From contig NC_068990.1 of assembly GCF_001194135.2 (NCBI RefSeq), positions 57,887,983 to 57,951,982 of the forward strand: a stretch of DNA of 64,000 nucleotides. The letters run 5' to 3'. This stretch comes from Octopus bimaculoides (taxonomy: Eukaryota). Below the pieces are notes generated by a model. That model did not search any database. It was not told the origin of the DNA and was given only the letters and a program-made list of their open reading frames with translations. The position numbers were made by a program, and so were the translations under genes. The first letter of the stretch is position 1; each line of letters begins with the position of its first letter. This document shows positions 52,411 to 63,845 of the stretch, piece by piece.

Positions 52411-53847
52411 CTCGGGTAAATATTATTAGCAATATTATTGTAACGTGACTGGAGTCTCTGGCTTTGGATCCTCTAACAATAACAATGTCTTTAATGTTAT
52501 TTTTGCATGTGGTGAAGATATAAATGTGTGGGCGTGCACAAGTCTATGTATGTGTATGCTCCTATCTGTCTTCTTATTCTTATTTGTTTATAAATTTACG
52601 GGTGCAAACTGGCGGGTCGAGTTGTCGTTCTCTCTATATATTATTCAATCGTTCTTAATCCCCCACACACACTCACATACACACATATACACACACACAC
52701 TCTCTCTCTTACTCTGTCTTTATAAAACCGTGACTTGACGATTAGATAAATAGGATGAATAATCGGATAGGCAAATATTTATGAATATACAAAGATGTAC
52801 ATACAGGATATGTCAAAATTGGCCTTCTGCCTATGCAAGAAGAAACTGATAGGTAAGCACATTCGATTTATCCATTGTCATATGACGATATATGTTCATT
52901 AAATTTTTACTTTACATACTAAATTTGGCTATGTGCCTAGTCAAAAGAAACTAATATTTTTCCATCATACCAGTTGTTATTGAGCATTCGACCGTCAGCG
53001 AGTAGCACCGCACCGCTTTTTGACCATCTATGTTCAGTATCTTACTGAAGAACACAATAGCTATCAATAATGCTTGCCAGTTTTGCTCTAGAGTCTCATT
53101 TGTTTACATTAATCTAATCAATAGCTACGATACATGTACAAAAGGTCTTTCCTTTAATGGCACCTGCATTGATAATTTTACCTACGAATTGCCTATACAA
53201 ATAAAGCAGCAAGCCACCGGTGTCAAGACAAATCAATACTTGCTGCGTTTTAAACCCACATATGCTATATATATTTTTTTCCTTTTTATTTATTTTTTTC
53301 TTCTTAGTCCTGAAGATCGGCTGTTAAATAAAAGTTTCGTTTCACGCAGAGCGAAAACAGTGATAGGTAATGTACGCTGAGAAAATGTCTTACATTAAAT
53401 GATTTGCTTACGCTGTATGTATTGCGTCGCTTCATTTCCCCTCTACCTACCTACCTACCACTCGGTTTAACACTGGCACAAACGCTTGATTTTGCGCGTG
53501 CACTTGCATATACATCTATGTTTGAATAAGCGTTTGCGAGTGCGTGCGTGCGTGCACGCGTAACCGTACGTAGATGAATTATACACGCATGATTGTGAGT
53601 ATTCTTAAGTATCTATATAATATTTATATACATACATCCATATATATACGTATACACATACCCATAGACACATATTTATACGAGCGCGCACACACGTACA
53701 CACACATACATATACATATATATTTCTGGATATACATACGTGCATACATATTATTGATTTACGATTTTATACATACATACATATATATATATTCACATAC
53801 ATGAGCCAAAATATATTCTCCTTAGCAAATGTCTTACTGAATCGTCA

Positions 53848-53897
<50 letters not shown>

Positions 53898-53939
53898 GTG
53901 TGTGTCTGTGTATACATACAGATACATACAAACACACAA

Positions 53940-54081
53940 ACATGTATTCTTTTATTCTTTTACTTCTATAACTCATTTGACTGCGGCCATCCTGGAGCAC
54001 CGCCTTTAGTCGAACAAATCGACCCCAGGACTTATTCTTTGTAAGCCTAATATTTATTGTATTGGTCTCTTTTGCCGAACC
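53940..54081 (-). mobile_element. SINE family A, 3' module (runs into a gap)
   Basis: CATTTGACTGCGGCCATCCTGGAGCACCGCCTTTAGTCGAACAAATCGACCCCAGGACTTATTCTTTGTAAGCC. Confidence 0.88.
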
Positions 54082-55026
54082 NNNNNNNNNNNNNNNNNNN
54101 NNNNNNNNNNNNNNNNNNNNNNNNNNNNNNNNNNNNNNNNNNNNNNNNNNNNNNNNNNNNNNNNNNNNNNNNNNNNNNNNNNNNNNNNNNNNNNNNNNNN
54201 NNNNNNNNNNNNNNNNNNNNNNNNNNNNNNNNNNNNNNNNNNNNNNNNNNNNNNNNNNNNNNNNNNNNNNNNNNNNNNNNNNNNNNNNNNNNNNNNNNNN
54301 NNNNNNNNNNNNNNNTGGAATGACCGGAAGGGAAAGGGTGGAGAAAAAGTTCTTTCTAAGACAGGAGAGTGCAAGAGAGGGCGGTAAGTATGTGTGCGTG
54401 CGCGCGGGTCCGTGTGTGTGTGTGTGTGTGTGTAATAACAGAACGTGTATGTGCGTATGTGTGTGTGTGTGGTTTGGCTGTTTATCTGTTAGTGTGTGTG
54501 TGTCGCTTAACGTTGTGGAAGGAATTAGTAGCAGGAATAATTTGGGAGTGGTTGTGGACGATGGTCAGTAGAAAGTGAGCAAGCAGTGTTTAAGTATGTG
54601 TGCGTGTATGTGTATGTTGTGTGAGTGTGTTTTTCTTTGATAATGACAAGAAAATGTTAAAGAAAAGAAGAATCTTTGGCAATGGTAAGAAAATGTTAAG
54701 TGAGGCTTTTTGTTTAAACAGTTTTCATGAAAGTGTACAAAATAGGTAGTAAAATATATTTATAATTATTTTAAGTTCATGAAAAATCATGGTTGTATAA
54801 AAAGCATATATACAGAAGAAAATCTATTTAAGTATTTATACAGAATTTTAGGGGAATGACCAACCTTTCCATTCATCATCTTCTGTCTTGTAGTGTGTGT
54901 ATGAGAGATGTTTGCTATTTTTAGATATAGTGCGAGAGGGAGGTTGGCTGGTGGGAAAGAATTGTGAAATCAAAAGGAGTTTTTTGTTTCTGGGCTAGTC
55001 TGTCATGGTTCAGTGATTTTGGGGAC

Positions 55027-55057
<31 letters not shown>

Positions 55058-55067
55058 CACTCACACA

Positions 55068-55225
55068 TACATAACGGGTTTTCCCTCTTTCCTACTACCA
55101 AATTCAGTCACAAGGCATTGAACGGCCCGCGGCTATGAAAGAAACACTTATCCAATGTGCCCCACAGCGGGACTGAACCCAAAACCATGTCATTTTAAAA
55201 CGAGCTTTTTAACCACACAACCATA
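55068..55225 (-). mobile_element. SINE family A, head half
   Basis: ACGGGTTTTCCCTC...CCAAATTCAGTCACAAGGC...GGGACTGAACCC...TTAACCACACAACCATACC. Confidence 0.75.
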
Positions 55226-55636
55226 CCACTAGCTAAAAGTTTATTCTGATCTTTACTGCCTTGGTAATTTCTGTGTTCCTAGTGTTATGTATATTGTAGA
55301 GACGATTCAAGAGAATCATAAAATATATGTTCTCGATATGAAAACATTTATTCATCCAATGGTCTCTAAAGATTTCTTTGCACAATTTTTTTTTTATGGC
55401 GAAATAAATCTCAGAAATGGCTCAACAACATAAATATGAAACCTGAAAAATCACAAGCAACTTTGAATATATCTTAGGTTATTTTTTTCTCTGAAAGTAA
55501 ATTCGTCACTGTGCCTATCTTTGAACATAACATGTTATCGATTAAGTAAATGAGTTTATCTAGATCGATAATTAACGGATAAAATGTTTAAATACCAGAT
55601 TCCACCATACCTCTAAAATATTCATGGATATAAACT

Positions 55637-55850
55637 GGTACTCCGTCTGTTACGACGACGAGAGTTCCAGTTGATCCGACCAAAGAATCAGCCTGCTCGT
55701 GAAATTAACTTGCAAGTCGGTGAGAACTTTACGGACACGCCGCGTATTCTTAACGTAATTCTCTGGTAGATTCAGTGTGACAAAGAATGTGCACCTCACT
55801 TTTACCAGTTGGAGCAACGTGAAATAGTCTCTTATTCAAGAGACAAAAAT
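55637..55850 (-). mobile_element. SINE family D, diverged
   Basis: GGTACTCCGTCTGTTACGACGACGAGAGTTCCAGTTGATCCG...GGAGCAACGTGAAATAG. Confidence 0.75.
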
Positions 55851-56714
55851 ACGTATCGTCACATGGATATAATAATTTAATATAAGTTTTTTTAAGATAA
55901 TTGATATTGGCAATTTCGAATAAAAAAAGAACGAAAAATCTGTTAAAAAATGTAATTCTTAAAGCTTAATCACATAACTGCGGACTGGGTTTTTGATCGT
56001 GCCATATTTGTAATAACGGGGAATTCAGAAACTCCACCTAGCCAACCAACTACTCTGTTTTGATAAAGCGAAATAATCTAGAAACCGCCCCACAGATGTT
56101 GTTTTGTCCTGGATAGGAGTGCTGGTCTCCTTGTTCGAAAATATAAGGACACAGATATTGTGTCGTATAGCCTGGTGGAAATAATGTTTTCTGGAGTTAA
56201 ACAACAGTGGCAATCGTCTCTTCCAGATATTTTGATATGTGTAACCAAAAAGACCAAATTTTTTTTTTTTCTGTTAAGATTGAAATTGATGGATGAATGT
56301 AGAAAACAAAGGATAAAGTGCCTAAAACTACTTTATTAGTATGTAAAACCATATATATTATATAGTTTTATATTATATCTGCTGAAAGGCGATCCATGAT
56401 AGGCTATTACGCTTCAAAACATCGGCCCGATAAAACAAATGATTTGAAGCGTTATAGTCTATCAGTCTCAGAATCTTTTCAGTTTGTATTACATGAGCCG
56501 ATCAATCGGCCGAGTGTCGCAAGAGGGTTAAACTGAATTTCATATATGAAAAACAACAATCTGAAAATTCTATGAAACATAATTTTTATTCGTATCTCAG
56601 TACTCACTTCGACAATTTAGCATGAAGAAAGCAAAAATGTAGTGGTATTAATTATTGCGTTACAATCCATACAGACCTTAAATTTTTACCAGTTCAAGAT
56701 TTCATAAATATCCT

Positions 56715-56965
56715 TTACCTTTTACTTGTTTCAGTCATTAGACTACGGCCATGATGAGGGAACACCATCTTGAAGAATTTTAGTCAAAGGAATCGACCCT
56801 AGTACTTACACTTTTGTTTTCTTTAGCCCGGTACTCATTCTATCTGTCTGTTACCTGAACCACTAGATTACGGGGGCATAAACATACCAACACTGACCAA
56901 GATGTCACCGATGGGACTAAATCCGAAACCATGTGGTTAGGTAGAAAATTTCTTACCTTTTAATA
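56715..56965 (-). mobile_element. SINE family A, diverged and deleted
   Basis: TTTACTTGTTTCAGTCATTAGACTACGGCCATG...ATCGACCC...TTACGGGG...GGGACTAAATCCGAAACCATGTGG. Confidence 0.7.
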
Positions 56966-57167
56966 GTGGCTGCGCATATACATTGATATTGTTTTAAAAC
57001 CTGGAAATCCTTGTAACTAACAATGAAACTTTACCGACTAAATCTAAATAAAATCTATTAATTTCGATTACTTTGTCTAATAATTCTTCTTACTATAGGT
57101 ACAATGTCTGACATTTTGCAGGGGGGTCTATTCCATAACATTGATCTCCAGTGCCCATCTAATCCTA

Positions 57168-57298
57168 ATTTCATCGATCTCGAAGTATGAAATGTAAAGT
57201 CGACATCAACGGAATTTGAACTCAAAACGTAAATAGGGGAAGAAATGCTGCGAAGCAAGTTGTCCGACCTGGCAACGATTCAGTTAGCTCGCTGCCTT
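57168..57298 (-). mobile_element. SINE family B, head half
   Basis: TTTCATCGATCTCGAAG...AAAGTCGACATCAACGGAATTTGAACTC...AGCTCGCTGCCTT. Confidence 0.72.
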
Positions 57299-58589
57299 TT
57301 TGATTTATATAATAATACCATTTCGAGTGTTTGTATAACAAACTAAACACTGTCCTGCTTTACCAAAATGAATTTACTGTATTCTATTTTAAAGTAGTAC
57401 TGTTAAGTTTTCTGTGAGAGTTCTAATAAGTCATTAGAAACAAGGCTGACTTATCCACATTATCCTTTTTTACACTTGTATATAGCACACCCTATGGACA
57501 CTCAAACAATCTCTGAAATTTATTATCCCTTGCAACAATTTCCCTGTCGATGTTCAAAAAGTACTCGTCGATAATGGACAAATCATGTAATTCCATCCAA
57601 ATCCTTCCATGTAATATTGATTCCTAAACCAGAAGCTAATCGTTTTTCTCCATAGTTTCTTTAGTCACTATTGCTGTTCCAGTTGAGTGACATTTATTGG
57701 CAGGAAACAGCCTTCATTACCTCTGAAAAGTACTTGTGAAGCTGACTTTTTTCTCTGTATATTTGCATTTACAAAGCAATTAATAGCTTTTTCTTTCTCG
57801 TAATTTGCCTAGTTTAGAAGGTAAGTTATACATCAACCATTACTTTTGCTTTCATTTTTGCGTTCCTTTTACAGAACATCTGTTAAACGGATCTTCACAT
57901 TTTTTTTTTCTCTCGAAATAGAAGCGTTAATAAATAAAACAATTATTTTTCAGCCTGTATGTATGTCTTCAATTAAAGGTTAGTCATTTTACAGTAAAAT
58001 GTCAACAGACAGTTGATGATGGAAAATACGATGCCTATGAATTTATTAGCGGTTCATGTAAATTTAAATAGATTTTCAAACTTGCTTCCAACTTTCAAAT
58101 CCGATTTAAATATAAGGGATACACTTACAAAGAACTTGGTGTTTTGAAAAGAATTTGAACTACAGCTAAATAAATTCAGCTGCACATGAGAATTAACATT
58201 CATTTAAATGAATAATAAGCCTAGTCAGAATTCTGAAATGAATATCTTAAAAGATGTAGTTTGTAAAAATACAACTAACAAAATACCTAAGGAATATAGT
58301 GAAGCGAGGACCGAGATATATAAAGTCATGACTCACAATATATAATCAATTATAATTATACCTATAATAATAAATCGTTAGCATTAACGATAATTTTTGT
58401 CAAGAAAGGCAAGTAGACAACTCCGAATTTTAAATTGGTTAAAGCTTTAATTGAAATATGGAGGAGAGATTGATTTAGGTGATTAAGACGACAAAGCAAA
58501 CATCTAAAAATCTGATATATAACTATATGATTTATATTGTTTAAATTATTTACATTTGACGGATATTTGTTCTCATCTTGTTTGTTGTT

Positions 58590-58636
58590 AACACAACGTT
58601 TCGGTTGATATACCCTCCAGTCTTCATCAGGTGTCT
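58590..58636 (-). ncRNA. Type I minimal hammerhead ribozyme (intact core)
   Basis: The minus strand reads GACAC-CUGAUGA-A-GACUG(GAGGGUAUAU)CAACC-GAAAC-GUU-GUGUU. Helix I is GACAC/GUGUU, helix III is a palindromic ACGU with no loop, and helix II has two mismatches. Confidence 0.75.
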
Positions 58637-58684
58637 TGGGGGAAATTTCGAACCTGGGTTCTTCATTCCTAAGGTATTTTTTGA

Positions 58685-58726
<42 letters not shown>

Positions 58727-58773
58727 TCAGGTCACTCCCTGGAATCGAACTTGGAATATGTCGTTGTGGTTAA

Positions 58774-58845
58774 GGCATATGGCGTAGTGGTTAAGAGCGC
58801 GGGCTACTAACCCCAAGATTCCAAGTTCGATTCCAGGAAGTGACC
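58774..58845 (+). promoter_or_regulatory. tRNA-derived Pol III internal promoter (A and B box), anticodon-like ACT loop
   Basis: A box TGGCGTAGTGG (58780-58790); stem-loop GGG-CTACTAA-CCC with ACT at 58806-58808; B box GTTCGATTCC (58825-58834). The acceptor and T stems are imperfect, so this is not a functional tRNA. Confidence 0.8.
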
Positions 58846-58919
58846 TGAATAGTAATAATAATAATAACAGCATCGAAAAATACCTCAGGAATGAGAACCC
58901 AAGTTCGAAATTTCCCCAA

Positions 58920-58965
58920 GACACCTGATGAAGGCTGGAGGGTATATCAGCCGAAGCGTTGTGCT
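58920..58965 (+). ncRNA. Type I minimal hammerhead ribozyme (GAAA to GAAG variant)
   Basis: GACAC-CUGAUGA (58925-58931)-A-GGCUG(GAGGGUAUAU)CAGCC-GAAG (58953-58956)-CGUU-GUGCU. Helix II is a perfect 5 bp, and the core carries an A-to-G change at position 15.1. Confidence 0.72.
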
Positions 58966-59243
58966 AACAACAAGCAAGATGATGACAAATTTCCGTCAAA
59001 TGGAAATAATGTACATAATTCCTCATCTTTTAAATATAGAAATGTATATGATTTATTATAATTTATTACATTCACATCGAAAGGTTTGTGAACATTCTCG
59101 CTGTCAGCAAACATCTCTATTTTCACGGCTATCTGCTCAAGTAGTCAAGTCAATTTCGTGATATTTTAAAACAGAATAGATATAGAACCCTTAATCATGA
59201 GCATGTGTAAAAAAAAATAGAAATAATACATTTTGATATATTA

Positions 59244-59530
59244 GCACTCCGTCGATTGCGACGGTTCCAGTCGATCCGATCAACAAGAACGGCCTGCTCG
59301 TGAAATTAATATGCAACTGGCTGTGCACTCCACAGACACGCATACCCTTTTTGTAGTTCTCAGGAAGATTCAGTGTGACACAGAATGTTGCAAGTCCGGC
59401 CCTTTTTTGCTAGCTGAATGAACTGGAGCAACATGAAATAAAGCGTCTTGCTCAAGAACACAACGCGCTGCCGTTAATCGAACCCACAACCTTACGATAG
59501 TGAAGCGATTAGCCTAAGCTCTAAGCCACT
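59244..59530 (-). mobile_element. SINE family D
   Basis: AGCACTCCGTCGATTGCG...CTGGAGCAACATGAAATAAAGCGTCTTGCTCAAGAACACAACGCG...AATCGAACCCAC. Confidence 0.85.
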
Positions 59531-61509
59531 TTAATGGATATATACCTAACTATTTACCCTTTAGTATCCTGTTCACTTCTTTAGCTCTCTTTGTTCAAAT
59601 CTGCCTTGGGCCGATCACTATAATACAAGGTTCAACTTATGCCACTTACACAAGTTCGTTTTGGTATGAGATATCGTTTCCTTATTAAAAGGCTATTTGG
59701 AAGTATTTAGAAATCATAAGCGGTTTTTAAATCTTAATCAAGCCTCTTCCTCGTTAACGATATTCCTGTGGTTGATGGTGAGGTTCACAACTCTAGGATA
59801 GTACCTGCAGGAAAAAGTTTCAAATGGATAAGTGTGTAAACAATGACAAGTATATAACAAATAACTGTCTTTCAGTGGATTTGAAACATTTTAGAAATAT
59901 GGAGCTAAATTTTATTCTTTTATTCTCCCCTTAGTATGAACTTGATAATTAATTAATGCACAAACTTATAAAATGAATAAAACTGTGCAATTTTACAAAT
60001 CTTTTTCCAGGATATTATCAACATAAAATAAATTAATTAGCTTCAACACGGTGTCTCGTTATTTACCTGTTAAAAGCCTACAATGTCGGTATTAAAACCA
60101 TGACTAAAATGATATAAATATAAAAATATGGTTTCTATTCTTATATTTTCATTGTAAATGGAGTAAATCTAGTATATTTGTCATTTGGAAAATGTCCAGT
60201 TTTTTTAATGAACGATTACTACTACTCTACGTTGAGAAACTTTGTTCGTTTGATTACTTTTCTTTTATTCCTTGATAATTCCAAGTAGTGATGACCGGTT
60301 TTAGTATTTTATTATGCTACAATATTAAAATTTACCAGTTTTGACAAATCTCTGTTATTTTAAATTTATTTCGCTACTAAAAGTTTGGCATTTTGTTTGC
60401 CTATTTGGCAAAGACAGTGACAAAAAAAGTTAGCATGAAGATAATAGTGACTGACTCTTTATGATAAGAATTTAATAAGCACAGGAAAACTTGCATAAAC
60501 TCTTATCAGAGTTGAAATGTTTATCATATTATATCTCGTTTGCATGAGTTTCATATTCTTTTCAACAGTTCTTTTTATTGAAGTTTATATCTTTCCATTA
60601 TTCTTCTATAAATTATATGATTTGAAGAAAGTAATGGAAAAGTAACACATAAATAATGTTAGAAAAAATTATTAGTTAAAATGATTAGTTATAATTCGTA
60701 CTGTTCAGGAAGAATTATATCAATATCGTAATTTAATTTAGGTCTGCAGTCTATGGTATTTCACCGTGTCCACATCGTTATTCAAGGAAAAATATCATTC
60801 TCTAACTATCCTATTCCAATCCTAAAATATGTTGACTTATGTCTATTGAGAAGACGCAAATTTTGTTTAAACAGTGATCAATATAATCATGTGCTACCAT
60901 AAATTTGTGGACGGATTGAAAAGAATTTTAAACGTTTTTCATGTGAAGTAAACGCAATCAAATTAATATCCGGGGGAAATAAAAGGAAAAACAGAGGCAA
61001 ACTAGTTAATATATAGATGTGGCAGTGACTCTGTCTGTATGTGTGTGTGTGTTTGTTTGTGTGTGCGTCTGTATGTGTGCGCGCTCGCGCAAGAAACTCG
61101 CACGCGCGTATACGAACGAAAATTAAGTACTTTATCGTCGATAATTTGTCTGCTCAAGTTACATATTTGCTCACATTTCAATTGTTGACGCTATTCCAAA
61201 AGAATGTGGTGTCTGTTTCTTATAGATTAAATTTCCGTGGCTTCATTTGATATCTTCTAACGCATTTCGATTAAATATTTAAAAGATACTCAAGGATGTA
61301 TAATTTCTCATATTCGATATCTTCTCTTTGTAAACTGAATGTAATGTATAATAGAAAAATAAAAAAAAGGAGAAAAGAATAGATTTCATTTGCAAATGTA
61401 AGTATATTATTATAAGTTTAAGAAATAGAAATACAAATAATAGACGCCGTTGCGTAGATCAATGAGCATAATTCTTGTTGTGCCGGAAGTATTTGTGAAA
61501 ATTTCTATC

Positions 61510-61833
61510 TTAGTTGTAAATGTAAGAAAAGGCAGAAACATATATGCAAGAATTCAAAAATGAAAGTAAAGTAGAAATTTTGAAGGAGGGAGCTTTGAAA
61601 TGAGATAAGTTTGCTATAAGTATTTGATCATTCGGAAGTGTTAAAGAGTTGAAAACAAAAGGAGTGAGGTCTAAAGACGTTTCAGAAGATATACGCACCT
61701 GATTATGGATTAAAACAGTCATATACTCTGATATATTGTTTGCTGAAAGGCTTCCTGAAAGATTTGCAGTTATTACACCTAAACTGTTTCCTTCCATACT
61801 TTGAAAAGTAAATACATTCAAATAATATGTTTC
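61510..61833 (-). CDS. Candidate exon or pseudo-exon of an unknown protein with a hydrophobic C-terminus
   Basis: A stop-free frame of 107 codons in non-repetitive DNA (ETYYLNVFTFQSMEGNSLGVITANL...STLLSFLNSCIYVSAFSYIYN*), with a possible internal donor CAG|GTGCGT. No family is recognised with certainty. Confidence 0.25.
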   Translation of the reverse strand, partial: ETYYLNVFTFQSMEGNSLGVITANLSGSLSANNISEYMTVLIHNQVRISSETSLDLTPFVFNSLTLPNDQILIANLSHFKAPSFKISTLLSFLNSCIYVSAFSYIYN

Positions 61834-63196
61834 CTATTCTTTTGTTGGTGAAATAGCTGAGGAAATCCTTTTTGAAATAATGCGTCGTTTCTGTCTTGTT
61901 AAAGATCAAACAATCAAACAACTAGAAGTAGAAGATGTTGTTTGAAAATTCTCATCTGTTTTTATACAAATTTAAACGCTTCTTAATTTGGGAAACGTTA
62001 TGTAAAATAAGTTTTCAAACTGAAACATGCCTTATAATATAGAATAGCATGGCGGTTAGTGACTGACCACATAAATATAGATAAAGTATTCAATAATGGA
62101 AAACACAAAAGAAACTGATGACATCTATCAACCAGGAATTTTAAGATATTTCTAATTCACTGATGAGTGATCTAATGTAAATGCTAATTTAAATATTCCT
62201 GTTACAAAATTGTATTAATTAATCCAATATGCTATCAGTATATTTTATTCCAATGCGTACAGTTATTAATGAAAAGTGAATGTTCGACTCATGGCATATT
62301 CAGAGTTGTAAGCATATGTATGTTTATACATATCTACTTGCATATTTCTGGGTATGTTAGCATATTTCAATTAGATACAAGTTAGCGACGATGAGATCTT
62401 GCTTTCTTTCGTATACTTACATTCTTAGAGATGCACTGAAGAGACAAATATAAGGGAGGCTGGTATGTTCTACTTTTAGAATGAAATATATTTTAAGAGT
62501 CATCACATAAAATAATGTTCTCATGAGCCAAGGCAAGAAACTCGATACTGAAAATCAAGATGGTAGAAATAGCAGCAAACATTTCCCTCGGGTTACACGT
62601 GAAAACACGGAAAAGGCATATCAGATAATATAGCCAGTTCTGATTATACTAAATCTGAAAAATGAAAAGACTGGACGGTTAGAGCGTGTCTGCATGATCA
62701 GGATTGAACTGCCGTTAAAATAATTAAAAGGTGGAAAAAGAAAACAGTCTTATCAACTTAAGCTACATTGTTAAAGAAACTATCTAATTATAATTTTGGT
62801 TATAGGTCAAATCAATAACTAGACAATCATTGTGTCACTAGCAAGGCTAGCAGTAAAGTTTCATGTATTGGAAAATATGAAGAATATGTCGAGTGAATTA
62901 AATCCATTGACGTATAAATGTCTCGCTATCGTTTCATTTCTTGAGATGTTTTGTATTTTTATAAAATCAATTGGCGTGGCCATATGTGAAAGTCATATCC
63001 GAGCACATGTAAGGATGAAAGTATCAAAAACAAAATCAGACATAATGTGAAACGCTTGTCAATTGACAAGACGAGGCAATCATCATGTATAATAACTTAC
63101 ATACATACATATATACAAGAACACATATGCACACGCTCACACATACATACGCACACACACACACACACGCACACACACACACACACATATATATAT

Positions 63197-63241
<45 letters not shown>

Positions 63242-63289
63242 CACATATATATGTGTGTGTGCGTGTGCGTGTGTGTGTGTGTTTTGTGT

Positions 63290-63438
63290 GTTTGTTTGTC
63301 CCCCCAACATCGCTTCACAACCGGTGCTGGTGTGCTTACGTCCCTGTAGCTTAGCGGTTTGGCAAAATAGACCGGTAGAATAAGTACTAGGCTTACAAAG
63401 AATAAGTCCTGGGGTCGATTTGCTCGACTAAAGGCGGT
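63290..63438 (+). mobile_element. SINE family A, 3' module (runs into a gap)
   Basis: CCCCCAACATCGCTTCACAACCGGTGCTGG...GACCGGTAGAATAAGTACTAGGCTTACAAAGAATAAGTCCTGGGGTCGATTTGCTCGACTAAAGGCGGT. Confidence 0.9.
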
Positions 63439-63589
63439 NNNNNNNNNNNNNNNNNNNNNNNNNNNNNNNNNNNNNNNNNNNNNNNNNNNNNNNNNNNNNN
63501 NNNNNNNNNNNNNNNNNNNATATATATATATATATACTAGCAGAGATAACCGGCAATGCTCGGGATTAAAATGGCTTAGATCTTTGTTG

Positions 63590-63775
63590 CTTTACTTGTT
63601 TCAGGCATATGACTGTGGCCATGCTGGAGCACCGCTGTTAGTCGAAGAAATTGACGACACGATTTACTCTTTGTAAGCCTAGTACCTATTTTCTCAGTGT
63701 CTTTTGACAAACCGCTTGACTATGGGTAAGTACAAACAGCAACATCGGTTGTCAAGCAAGCGTGGGGGCACAAAC
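63590..63775 (-). mobile_element. SINE family A, 3' module
   Basis: TTTACTTGTTTCAGGCATATGACTGTGGCCATGCTGGAGCACCG...TTTGTAAGCCTAGTACC...GGTTGTCAAGC. Confidence 0.82.
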
Positions 63776-63792
63776 ACAGACGCACTCATAGA

Positions 63793-63826
<34 letters not shown>

Positions 63827-63845
63827 TATACACATATATACTACA

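Larger units (their letters stand above)
58545..59010. mobile_element. Palindromic tRNA-head / (AAT)n / hammerhead-ribozyme element (SINE-like, probably Penelope-dependent)
   Basis: Inverted arms of about 200 bp at 58545-58757 and 58818-59010 surround a spacer containing the 5' half of a tRNA-like head. Each arm carries a B box, (AAT)n and a hammerhead core. Confidence 0.85.

Noticed and set aside
58774-58845. A functional tRNA-Ser(ACT) gene
   Set aside because: The acceptor and T stems are broken, and the sequence continues into a repeat body. It is treated as a SINE head.
59738-59804. Strong minus-strand acceptor TTTTTCCTGCAG| followed by YYPRVVNLTINHRNIVNEEEA*
   Set aside because: All three frames stop within 22 codons, and no linked exon could be identified.
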